A DNA stretch of 64,000 nt. Source: an uncultured Anaerolineaceae bacterium. Lineage in GTDB: Bacteria > Chloroflexota > Anaerolineae > Anaerolineales > UBA11579. The notes beneath the pieces are model-generated. The model worked only from the letters and a program-made list of their open reading frames with translations. It searched no databases and was not told the origin of the DNA. The position numbers and the translations under genes were made by a program. This document shows, one piece after another, positions 38,726-47,896 of the stretch (position 1 is the stretch's first letter; each line of letters opens with the position of its first letter). The stretch is from positions 19,179 through 83,178 of the forward strand of contig CAYJMC010000004.1 in the NCBI GenBank assembly GCA_964371335.1. The letters are read 5' to 3'.

Positions 38726-39601
38726 TTAAGGCGAAAGCAGGATAGGGACGCTGCTCACATGCAGCCAACCGCCGTCGCGCGGGGATGCAGCAAAGACCAT
38801 TATACGGGCAGGGGTTGGTTCTGTGATTGAGTAGGTTAGTTCACCGCTGAATGGGCCAGGTTGGCCCATATCAGGCGAGTCGATAAAGGTGTTTCCACTG
38901 GCGAGGATGTTGTCCTCGGTACCGCATAAGTCGTTGGGCGCACCGCTGCCGAAAGTACCGCAGAGCATCAGGCCCAAATTGGATTCGAAGTAATAGTCCG
39001 AATATCCGCTGACCCGAACCGTCCCGCCGCTGATCTCCGCCATGGGAAGGGGAGATTGGATGTCGATGGATTCAAAACCTAGCATCGGCGGTGCGATCAC
39101 ATTCATGCCCGTCCATAAAGTAACTTCAACGCTGGAAAGATGAATGATGCCACCATCCATGGCGCTGGTCTCGTAAACCGAAATGCGGCCCGGCTGTTCG
39201 GAGGAGACGGAAAAAGGAATCTCTACGCTGTAATTGCCCGGCTCCCCCATGGGCGAGTCCAGCGTGACCGGTTGCTGCGCCAGCAGGCTGCCATCCTCGC
39301 CATAAACATCCACCACAAGGGTTTGCTCGAAAGTCGGGCGCGATTGCCCTTGAACAGTCACCGGCGAAGCCGCGGATGAATTCGGACCAGGTTGCAAAAT
39401 GACAATGGCCTCAAGACCGGGACCGGTATCGGCAACGGTTGCCGTTGGCTCACCTGGGGAGACGGTGGAGATTTCAGTCGCGGGCGGAAGTGTGGCAGCG
39501 CCGGGCTCGGTAGGAACAGGCTGCGTAGGCGCTGGAAAGCCGGGTAGATTGCAGGACGCAAGGAAAAGAACGACGATCGAGGTAAAGATTCTCTTGAGCA
39601 T
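38726..39601 (-). CDS. Lipoprotein with two Gmad2-like immunoglobulin domains
   Basis: Lipobox FLASC, P/T linker, duplicated V.G....FE and S..DGG motifs. Confidence 0.75.
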   Translation of the reverse strand: MLKRIFTSIVVLFLASCNLPGFPAPTQPVPTEPGAATLPPATEISTVSPGEPTATVADTGPGLEAIVILQPGPNSSAASPVTVQGQSRPTFEQTLVVDVYGEDGSLLAQQPVTLDSPMGEPGNYSVEIPFSVSSEQPGRISVYETSAMDGGIIHLSSVEVTLWTGMNVIAPPMLGFESIDIQSPLPMAEISGGTVRVSGYSDYYFESNLGLMLCGTFGSGAPNDLCGTEDNILASGNTFIDSPDMGQPGPFSGELTYSITEPTPARIMVFAASPRDGGWLHVSSVPILLSP

Positions 39602-39759
39602 AACCCCATTATCGCATTGAATGATGTTCGCAGGCAACAAGCAAGTGCCTTCGAACAGGCGAGGTTATTTATACGATCCCGGTTTATTTATTAAGTCGGG
39701 CAGGCAGTGACTGGGCTTCAAAGAAATCGTAGTCCGGATATAGTCAAAAGACAACAATT

Positions 39760-41055
39760 TCAATAGCCCAGTTGGCCTGAGATCAACTCGACAAGGAAAA
39801 CCGATCCACAGACAAGTAGCAGAGAATCTTTATCCTCAAATTCCATTCCCTTATTAACCGCCGATTTTGGGTCCGGCTCGGAAGTCGATCTGATACCGAG
39901 ACTCCCCAGCCTCTCCTGGAGTTCGACAGCGGGCATGGCTCGCAGGTGAGTGGATTGTGTTGCAATCACGCCGACAATGCGCGGACGCAATGGTTCGATG
40001 ATTCCCGCTAGATCTTTGTCGGCCGAGACTCCTATCACCATGACGATTGGACGATCAGGAAAATACTCGTCCAGCGCAGCGCGCAGCGCCCGGGCCGCCG
40101 CCGGCGAATGAGCCGCATCCAGCACCACAGGCGGGTCCGATCGCAGCACCTCAAATCGTCCGGGCCAGCGCGCGGCAGCAAATCCACACCGGATAGCATC
40201 TTCGCCCACTGCCAGCCCGCGGTCATTGGCAAGCTGCAAAGCGGCAAATGCTGTCACCGCGTTCTCGACCTGGTGTCTACCCAAAATTCCAATTTCAAGC
40301 CGAACCTTCTGCCGGTCTCGCTGGCTTATCTCGAAGATCTGCCCATTCAAATCAGAATGGATGCGCTCAAAACGCACATCCTGGCCTACTTCAATTGCCT
40401 GGGCGCGTTTTTCCTTTGCGACACGCAAAATGCTGGTTCTGGCTTCTTCGGGCTGCGGAGACACCACGACCGGCATACCCGGTTTGATAATGCCAGCCTT
40501 CTCTGCGGCGATTTCAGCGAGTGTAATTCCCAAGATGGGGGTGTGATCATAATCAATCGGCGTAATTACCGAGACCAGCGGCATAAGCACATTAGTTGCA
40601 TCCAGGCGGCCGCCCAAGCCCACTTCGATGACAGCTGCGTCCACTTTTTGGCGAGCGAAATGCACAAAGGCAAGCGCAGTCACGACTTCGAATTGTGTCC
40701 AATCTTGCCGAGGCACTAATAGTGGGAGCATCCTCTCGAAAGAATTCTGCAAGTCGGCATCCGCAATCTGCAGTTGGTCTATGGTGATTCCCGCCACGGG
40801 CCCAGCCAAATGCGGTGAGGTGAATCGGCCCACCCGGTAGCCCTGCGCCTGCAGTGCCGCGGTGCAGAACGCGCTCACTGAACCCTTGCCATTCGTACCT
40901 GCGATATGCAGACTTGGGAAGCCGCGTTCCGGGTGCCCCAATGTTTCGACAAGGATTTGCATTCGCTCCAACGTGAAATTCGCAGCGCGCATTCCGCTTT
41001 GCGGACGGGCGCCCAGATCGGGCAGAGAGGTTAGATATTCCTGAAAAGTCGGCAT
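39760..41055 (-). CDS. folC: Folylpolyglutamate/dihydrofolate synthase family ligase
   Basis: HIAGTNGKGS, TSPHL, EVGLGGRLDATN, EKAGIIK, WPGRFE, LDAAH. Confidence 0.9.
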   Translation of the reverse strand: MPTFQEYLTSLPDLGARPQSGMRAANFTLERMQILVETLGHPERGFPSLHIAGTNGKGSVSAFCTAALQAQGYRVGRFTSPHLAGPVAGITIDQLQIADADLQNSFERMLPLLVPRQDWTQFEVVTALAFVHFARQKVDAAVIEVGLGGRLDATNVLMPLVSVITPIDYDHTPILGITLAEIAAEKAGIIKPGMPVVVSPQPEEARTSILRVAKEKRAQAIEVGQDVRFERIHSDLNGQIFEISQRDRQKVRLEIGILGRHQVENAVTAFAALQLANDRGLAVGEDAIRCGFAAARWPGRFEVLRSDPPVVLDAAHSPAAARALRAALDEYFPDRPIVMVIGVSADKDLAGIIEPLRPRIVGVIATQSTHLRAMPAVELQERLGSLGIRSTSEPDPKSAVNKGMEFEDKDSLLLVCGSVFLVELISGQLGY

Positions 41056-41244
41056 TGCACAAGGATTGTAACCAGCTTGTAGCTAATAGCTACCGGTAGT
41101 CGTTAAAGGCTGCACACATTTCATTAAAACCCGCAGGAAGCCAATTCTTTAAGGTGGTTGGTCTATCTTCTGGTGTTATGATGAAGTAAGCCGGCCGGGG
41201 TGCCGGTCAAAGACCCCAATCTAATTTCTTAAAGGAGAAGATCT

Positions 41245-42132
41245 ATGAAGAACCGTATCATTCTGCTGGCTGCGATTGCGGTGGTGGGGCTGCTAGTAGC
41301 AGCCTGCGCACCCAAAGTCGGGTCAGCGGACAAACCCATCGTCTGGGCGCTGGTCCCCTCCCAGGACGTGGATGCAGTTCTCACGGGCGCCGAAGAAATC
41401 GCCGCGCACATCGAAGAGGAAACCGGCCTCATTGTTGAGCCGGTGGTAACCACCGACTTCACTGCAGCCGTGGAAGCCATGTGCAATGGCGAAGCTCAAA
41501 TGGGTGCCCTCAACACGTTCAACTATGTAGTTGCCAAGCAGCGCGGCTGCGCCGATGTGGGCTTGGTTTCCGTACGCTTCGGAACCAACTTCTATGCCGG
41601 GCAAGTCATCACTCGCCCTGACACCGGCATCGCCTCCGTTGCCGACCTGGCTGGCCATACCTTCTGCCGACCTGACCCCACCTCCACCTCCGGCTGGATT
41701 ATCCCCAGCATTGCCATGCGCGCTGAAGGGCTTGACCCCGAAGCCGACCTGACTGAGATCGTGGACGCTGGCGGTCACGACGGCGTAGTCATCGCCGTGT
41801 ACAACGGCGACTGCGATGCCGGTTCCACCTTTGTGGACGCTCGCACCAACGTGGAAGAGGATTTCCCAGATGTGATGGACAAGGTGATCGTTGTTGCCGA
41901 ATCCGCCCCCATCCCGAACGATACCATCAGCTTTGCTTCCGATCTGCCGGACGATGTTCGCGAACAGATCATTACCGCCCTGCTCAGCCTGACTGAGACT
42001 GAGGAGGGCCTGGCTGTGCTCAATACCGTGTACAGCTGGAGCGGTTTGGAGCGCGTGGAAGATAGCTTCTACGATGGCTTCCGCCAGCAGCTCGATGCTG
42101 CCGGCATGAGCATCGAAGACCTGCTCAACTAG
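41245..42132 (+). CDS. Phosphate/phosphite/phosphonate ABC substrate-binding lipoprotein (PhnD family)
   Basis: Lipobox VAAC, DPTSTSGWIIP, GGHD, IPND. Confidence 0.9.
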   Translation: MKNRIILLAAIAVVGLLVAACAPKVGSADKPIVWALVPSQDVDAVLTGAEEIAAHIEEETGLIVEPVVTTDFTAAVEAMCNGEAQMGALNTFNYVVAKQRGCADVGLVSVRFGTNFYAGQVITRPDTGIASVADLAGHTFCRPDPTSTSGWIIPSIAMRAEGLDPEADLTEIVDAGGHDGVVIAVYNGDCDAGSTFVDARTNVEEDFPDVMDKVIVVAESAPIPNDTISFASDLPDDVREQIITALLSLTETEEGLAVLNTVYSWSGLERVEDSFYDGFRQQLDAAGMSIEDLLN

Positions 42133-42150
42133 CCTCCGATCGACCCAAGT

Positions 42151-42196
42151 GAAGGGAAGGGCGAGGCGCGAACCTTGCGTCACCCTTCCCTTCTTT
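42151..42196 (+). terminator. Stem-loop after binding-protein gene
   Basis: GAAGGGAAGGG...CCCTTCCCTTC then TTT. Confidence 0.6.
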
Positions 42197-42229
42197 GTAA
42201 AATCTAAAAGTACAATTCCACCGGCGATC

Positions 42230-42997
42230 ATGCTAAAAGTAGAACATCTCACCATGGTTTACCCGGATGGCACAATCGCCCTTCGGGATGTTAGTTTCGA
42301 AGTTCGCGAAGGGGAATTCATGGGAGTCATCGGCCTTAGCGGCTCGGGGAAATCCACTTTATTGCGCTGCATCAACAGATTGCTGGAACCCACCGAAGGA
42401 AAAATCATTTGGCTGGGACGGGACATCACCCACGTGGAAGAGGCCGAATTGCGCGCCGTGCGCCGTGAAATAGGCATGGTGTTCCAGCAATTCAACCTGG
42501 TTAAGCGCTCCTCGGTGATGACCAATGTTCTATCCGGCCGACTTGGCTACACACCGCCTAGTTGGAGCCTGATCAATCGCTTCAGCCGCAAAGACCGCGA
42601 GAGGGCTGTGACCGCGTTGAAACGCGTTGGCATCCCCGACAAGGCTAATAACCGTGCCGATGAATTGAGCGGCGGCCAGCAGCAGCGCGTGGGAATCGCC
42701 CGTGCCCTGATGCAGGAACCTAAAATCATCCTGGCCGACGAACCGGTGGCCAGTCTGGACCCCGTGCTGGCCCATTCCATCCTTGGACATTTGGAAGACC
42801 TGAACAAAGAAGACAAGATCACTGTGCTCTGCAGCCTGCACTTCCTGGATTTGGTGCAACGCTATTGCACACGCGTGATCGGTCTGCGCGAAGGGCGCCT
42901 GGTTTTCGAAGGCGGCAAGGAAGATATTGGCCAGTTGAGCGATAAGCGCTTCAAGGAAATCTATGGCGAAGAAGCCCAGCGGCTTGGCGCCCGATAG
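42230..42997 (+). CDS. phnC: Phosphonate-type ABC ATPase
   Basis: GLSGSGKST, NVLSGRLG, LSGGQQQRV, ADEPVASLDP. Confidence 0.9.
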   Translation: MLKVEHLTMVYPDGTIALRDVSFEVREGEFMGVIGLSGSGKSTLLRCINRLLEPTEGKIIWLGRDITHVEEAELRAVRREIGMVFQQFNLVKRSSVMTNVLSGRLGYTPPSWSLINRFSRKDRERAVTALKRVGIPDKANNRADELSGGQQQRVGIARALMQEPKIILADEPVASLDPVLAHSILGHLEDLNKEDKITVLCSLHFLDLVQRYCTRVIGLREGRLVFEGGKEDIGQLSDKRFKEIYGEEAQRLGAR

Positions 42998-43011
42998 GTA
43001 AGCAGGAACTA

Positions 43012-45162
43012 GTGGCAAACCATCTACCGGCTGCTCCAAAAGGCTCTCCCCTCCACGCGATACTTTCATTAATCGTCCCCGGCCTGGGCCAATTTGTCGC
43101 CCGCGCCCGATCGCGCGGCATCACTATTTTCGCCAGCGTTCTTATATTGGCCGGTCTCAGCGTCTGGACCCTTGCCCAGCAGGCCCGCTTCCCGAATTTC
43201 GGGGTAAGTCTTTCAATATATGTCAAGTTGGTGCTGGAAACCGGCTTCCTGCTTGTGTTCCTTTTTGCATTACGTCATCTTCTCACCCGATTTATTTTCC
43301 GCGATCCCGCCATAGAGGTTTTCGCGACTTATGCCATTGCCATCCTGTTCTTCCTGGCGTTGGTCATTGCCGGAGAACCGATATTAAGCATGGCCGGGAG
43401 CCCCGATCAGCTTGCCCAAATCTACACGGGAACGGCTCTGTACTCGGCGGCCGCATTAGCCGGGCTGTGGCTGTGGCAGGTGGTCGATGCAGGGCGCGTG
43501 GGCGCGTTGAGCGCCGAAAACAAATTGCCATCCATGGCGGGCGCTATCCTCATAATGTGCCTGCTCATCTTCACCCTCGGATACAACATTACAGATTTCG
43601 ATTTGCCAAAAGCCATACGGGAATATAAAGATGTTTCGATATTATTCCCCCGAATTCTTTGGCCGTGGAAAGAGGCGTTTGCCTACGATCAGGAAGTTGT
43701 TGAGGAGACTCAGCTAATCCAGGCCCCATGCCCAGAAGGGGAAAGCGGGCCGCCATCCAACGAACCTGATCCGGATGAACCGTGGATCTCAGCTACTCCC
43801 ACCTGCGGGGAAATTGGCGTCCGGGATCTGAGTGGAGGTTTTGCCCCCGGAACGGAATTGACCATCACGGGCGGCAATTTCACGCCGGGGATGGAAGTGC
43901 ACATCCTTTGGAAGAATCCCATTGGCAATCCTTTCGTTCCTCGGGGTGTAGGGGAAACGGATATTACTATTGACGAAAATGGCGGGTTCACTACAAAGCT
44001 AAACATCCCTTCGGTCGTGATTCCGGAAAGCACAGCAGCAGGGGAACAGATCCATACCCTGGTCGTGCGCGAGGAAAGCGAAGAAGTTTTCTCGCTGCGA
44101 CTTAGCGACGAAATGAAACTGGCCCTTGTCGGAATTCTCGAAACCATCATGATCGGCCTGATGGCGACATTCTTCGGGATTCTGTTGGCGTTTCCACTTT
44201 CATTTTTAGCCGCCCGAAACTTGATGGCCCCAATTGTTCTTCCGTTGCAGGATCTGGTGGGCAGCATTGCCGGCTTGGTTATCGGAATTCTCCTTGGGGC
44301 TTTTGTTACCGGTCAGATTGCGCCAATCCTCGGCGGACTTGAACAGGCCCCTATACCCATTTTCCTTATAGCGCTTCTTTTAGTTATTACCTTGGGAACT
44401 TTAGGTTTTCAATGGGGCGGGCGTTTATTAGGGTCACTGCTAAAGGATTTGGGAACTAATGCCAGCAGGATCATCTCCGCATTAATATTGGGTGCCATGC
44501 TGGCTGTTCCCGGATATTACCTCGGGCAGGCATTTAGTCGCGGAGTCCTTAACATCGTGGTAGGCGAAGAAAGGGCTGCGGCTTCAGAAGTTCTGCTCGC
44601 TTATGCTGGGGCAGTGGTCGTTGCACTATTGGGTATCAGCTTTGGTTTGCTTAATAGGAATCCACGTGGAATACCGTTTGGTTCGCTGATATATGCAATC
44701 ACCAGAACCATACTCAACATTGTGCGCGCTATTGAGGCTATCGTATACGTAGTCATTTTCGTCATCTGGGTCGGACTCGGGCCTTTTGCGGGCACCATCG
44801 CGCTGACCCTGCACACCATTGCCTCTTTGGCCAAACAATACTCTGAAGCCATTGAGAGCATTGATCCCGGCCCATTGGAAGCGGTTGATGCTACTGGAGC
44901 CACACGTTTACAGACAATTGTCTATGCGGTTGTCCCGCAAGTAGTCCCTTACTTCATTTCATTCACCATATATCGATGGGACATTAATGTTCGCATGTCG
45001 ACCGTGCTGGGTTTGGTAGGCGGTGGCGGTATCGGCTTTCTGCTCATTCAATGGCAACGGCTTTACCAATGGGAACTGGTGGGTATCTCGTTATGGTTAA
45101 TCGCTATAACCGTTGCCACACTAGATTACGTGAGCTCGGAAATCCGAAAACGGTATGTCTAA
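43012..45162 (+). CDS. PhnE-family permease with large insertions
   Basis: C-terminal GLGPFAG, YSEAIESIDPGPLEA, YRWDINVRMSTVLGLVGGGGIG. Confidence 0.88.
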   Translation: MANHLPAAPKGSPLHAILSLIVPGLGQFVARARSRGITIFASVLILAGLSVWTLAQQARFPNFGVSLSIYVKLVLETGFLLVFLFALRHLLTRFIFRDPAIEVFATYAIAILFFLALVIAGEPILSMAGSPDQLAQIYTGTALYSAAALAGLWLWQVVDAGRVGALSAENKLPSMAGAILIMCLLIFTLGYNITDFDLPKAIREYKDVSILFPRILWPWKEAFAYDQEVVEETQLIQAPCPEGESGPPSNEPDPDEPWISATPTCGEIGVRDLSGGFAPGTELTITGGNFTPGMEVHILWKNPIGNPFVPRGVGETDITIDENGGFTTKLNIPSVVIPESTAAGEQIHTLVVREESEEVFSLRLSDEMKLALVGILETIMIGLMATFFGILLAFPLSFLAARNLMAPIVLPLQDLVGSIAGLVIGILLGAFVTGQIAPILGGLEQAPIPIFLIALLLVITLGTLGFQWGGRLLGSLLKDLGTNASRIISALILGAMLAVPGYYLGQAFSRGVLNIVVGEERAAASEVLLAYAGAVVVALLGISFGLLNRNPRGIPFGSLIYAITRTILNIVRAIEAIVYVVIFVIWVGLGPFAGTIALTLHTIASLAKQYSEAIESIDPGPLEAVDATGATRLQTIVYAVVPQVVPYFISFTIYRWDINVRMSTVLGLVGGGGIGFLLIQWQRLYQWELVGISLWLIAITVATLDYVSSEIRKRYV

Positions 45163-45194
45163 AGAGTTCTGTCAAATCGCTTGATTTTTCTCAC

Positions 45195-45224
45195 AACACC
45201 GGCCCGCAATTGCGGGCCGGTGTT
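45195..45224. other. Perfect 30-bp palindrome after phnE
   Basis: AACACCGGCCCGCAATTGCGGGCCGGTGTT. Confidence 0.75.
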
Positions 45225-45249
45225 AGAATGCTGCGATCCCGCAAAAACC

Positions 45250-45825
45250 ATGACTACTCGTCAAGAAGCCCTCGATATTGTCCGCGAACACGTCAAGAAC
45301 GAAAATCTCGTACGCCACATGTTGGCTGTAGAGACCGCCATGCGTCACTATGCCCGCCTATACGGCGAAGACGAGGAAATCTGGGGGCTGGCTGGGCTCT
45401 TGCATGACTTCGATTGGGAGATCCACCCCACCCTGGAGCAGCATCCTCAGGCGGGTGCCCCCATCCTGCGCCAGCGCGGCGTGCCCGATGTCGTTGTCGA
45501 CGCCATACTCAGCCATGCCGACCATACCGGCATCCCGCGCACGACCCGCATGCAGAAAGCGCTGTACGCCTGCGATGAGATCACCGGCTTGATCACCGCG
45601 GTGACGCTTGTCCGCCCGTCGAAGGCCATTGCTGATGTCACCGTGAAATCGATCAAAAACAAGTGGAAAGACAAAGCCTTCGCGTCTGGGGCTAAGAGGC
45701 CTGAAATTGAGGCCGCTGCCCAGGAATTCGGCGTAGATCTCTGGGATCACGCCGGCCAGGTGCTGGCAGCCATGCAGAGCGAGGCAAAAGCCCTGGGGTT
45801 GGAAGGTAGTCCGGCGACTGGATAG
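45250..45825 (+). CDS. HDIG-type HD-domain phosphohydrolase
   Basis: LVRHMLAVE, GLLHDFD, ILSHA, ACDEITG. Confidence 0.9.
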   Translation: MTTRQEALDIVREHVKNENLVRHMLAVETAMRHYARLYGEDEEIWGLAGLLHDFDWEIHPTLEQHPQAGAPILRQRGVPDVVVDAILSHADHTGIPRTTRMQKALYACDEITGLITAVTLVRPSKAIADVTVKSIKNKWKDKAFASGAKRPEIEAAAQEFGVDLWDHAGQVLAAMQSEAKALGLEGSPATG

Positions 45826-45848
45826 AGCTTATACGACGGGGGATAGTT

Positions 45849-46694
45849 ATGGCACAAAATTTGCAACAGATAAACCGTATCAGGAGACCCCAAGCTAAGG
45901 CTATGAGATACGCACGTCTGCTGCACGACTACCACTGGATGAAATATAAGTCACGTACGGTTACGCCGGGTTGGGCCGGCCTTTCTTCCACACCGGAGAC
46001 TGTTCCGTTATTTGTGAGTGCTGGCACCCGCAGCTCCAAGGACGATCTCAAACTGAACAGCGCCTGGCTGCAATACCTAAAGGGCTTGAACTCACCAATT
46101 GGCTATAAATTCATCATGAATCCGCCTGCGGGCTGGTTCAACAAGAACAGGAACGCCGACACACTGGGTTTTGGCGGCAACATCGTTGGGGTCAAAGAGA
46201 TCGTCAAAGGATCCGCGAAGGTGGATACTTTGACACTTGAAGACCAACCGCCGGACGCGACGAGGTTCAACTTCGAATCCCGGCCCGATCTGGTGCACAA
46301 GTTCACCGTTATTACTCGTCACGGCAACATCATCAACCCTGCCCGAGGAATGGATGTCTACAACTTCATCATTGGGCGCAAACCGATGTACATACCGCTC
46401 AACCGCCTCGAGTTCTTTCCGCGGCTGCCGGTAGATATCACCATCAAGACCACCACTGTTCCCTGGTTGCTGGTCAAAGATGCGCCCGGCTCCGTGGGCA
46501 AGGCTGTCGGTCGAATGCTGCCGCTGCAAAAATTCACGGTCTACGAATATGCGCCGCGCGGCACTTACGTGTGGGGCCGCACCGCTAAAGGGTGGATTGC
46601 ATTGTGCTGGTATCCAAAGATAGGCACAGTGCGTTATTTCACTTCGTGGCAGATGAAAACCATTCCTCCTGTGCCACCGAAAACGGTGAATTGA
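45849..46694 (+). CDS. Hypothetical basic protein with C-terminal SH3-like segment
   Basis: LLVKDAPG....VG...WGRTAKGWIAL. Confidence 0.65.
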   Translation: MAQNLQQINRIRRPQAKAMRYARLLHDYHWMKYKSRTVTPGWAGLSSTPETVPLFVSAGTRSSKDDLKLNSAWLQYLKGLNSPIGYKFIMNPPAGWFNKNRNADTLGFGGNIVGVKEIVKGSAKVDTLTLEDQPPDATRFNFESRPDLVHKFTVITRHGNIINPARGMDVYNFIIGRKPMYIPLNRLEFFPRLPVDITIKTTTVPWLLVKDAPGSVGKAVGRMLPLQKFTVYEYAPRGTYVWGRTAKGWIALCWYPKIGTVRYFTSWQMKTIPPVPPKTVN

Positions 46695-46695
46695 G

Positions 46696-47862
46696 ATGCT
46701 GCAAGGTAAAGGCATGTACTTATGGCGCATCCACCGGGTGGAAGGCGGAAACCCGGCTGCCATCGCCGAAGCCGCGCACCAAGCCGGTCTATCTCATGTC
46801 CTCATCAAGATCGCAGATGGACGCGGCACATACAACACCTACAAAGTGGAGGACGGCCGCGAAATGTACAATTACCAGGGCGGAGAAGACCATGTGCCCG
46901 CGCTGGTGGCGGCGCTGCGCGCCAAAGGCATCCAGCCTTGGGGCTGGCAATATATCTATGGCGAGTATCCTGTTCAGGAAGCGCGTATGGCCGTTCAGCG
47001 CGTCAAGCAATTCAATCTGCCTGGTTTTGTGGTGAACGCCGAAATCGAATTCCAGGCACGCGGGATGGATGTGAAGGCCGGGGCATACATGGAGGAACTG
47101 CGCGCCGGTTTGCCCAATACAACCATCGCGTTAAGCAGTTTTCGTTATCCAAATATGCATCCCATTCCTTGGGATACATTTTTGGAATACTGTGACCTGA
47201 ATATGCCGCAGGTTTATTGGGTCGGAGCCAACAACCCGGGGCAACAGTTGCTCAAATCGATTCGCGAATTCCAATCCCGCAAAGTTTGGCGGCCCTATTT
47301 CCCCACCGGCGCGGCTTATGGAGAGCACGGCTGGCGCGCCACGCCTGAACAAGTCAGCGCCTTTCTGCAGGCCGTGAAAGAGAACGGACTGCCTGGCGCC
47401 AATTTCTGGGAATGGTATTACGCGCGCCAATATGACCACCAGCTCTGGAATCCCATCGAGAAATTCGAGTGGCCGGCACAAATCAGCCAGCCAGAGGACA
47501 TAAGCATTCGCTTCATCGAAGCGCTGAATTCCAGCGATCCCGTTAAGGTAGCATCGCTGTATTCCGCGGACAGCGTGTATATCAATGCGCAAAGTACCGC
47601 GCAAGGCTCAGAGTCAATCCTGAGATGGTATAACACCCTATTACAACAGACATTGCCCAACGCTCGCTTCGAACTCACCGGACAATCGCAATTGGGCAAT
47701 CCCTCGTCGCCGCAGAGCGGCTCGCTCGGGACAGGCCTGCGCATATTAACCTGGGCAGCGGAATCTGCCACGGGACGCGTGCTGGATGGCAAGGACACCT
47801 TGGGGGTCAAGAACGGCCAAATCGCCTACCACTACAGCTATTTCACAGTACAAAAGGCTTAA
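46696..47862 (+). CDS. Glycoside-hydrolase-like TIM-barrel domain plus SnoaL/NTF2-like domain
   Basis: HVLIKIADG, WGWQYIYG, VVNAE, NMPQVYW, then FIEALNS..VASLYSADSV. Confidence 0.65.
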   Translation: MLQGKGMYLWRIHRVEGGNPAAIAEAAHQAGLSHVLIKIADGRGTYNTYKVEDGREMYNYQGGEDHVPALVAALRAKGIQPWGWQYIYGEYPVQEARMAVQRVKQFNLPGFVVNAEIEFQARGMDVKAGAYMEELRAGLPNTTIALSSFRYPNMHPIPWDTFLEYCDLNMPQVYWVGANNPGQQLLKSIREFQSRKVWRPYFPTGAAYGEHGWRATPEQVSAFLQAVKENGLPGANFWEWYYARQYDHQLWNPIEKFEWPAQISQPEDISIRFIEALNSSDPVKVASLYSADSVYINAQSTAQGSESILRWYNTLLQQTLPNARFELTGQSQLGNPSSPQSGSLGTGLRILTWAAESATGRVLDGKDTLGVKNGQIAYHYSYFTVQKA

Positions 47863-47896
47863 AAACAAAAAGGGGGGCAACTTGTATAATGCTGCG

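Noticed and set aside
45849-47862. Prophage lysis cassette
   Set aside because: No holin, structural or integrase genes nearby.
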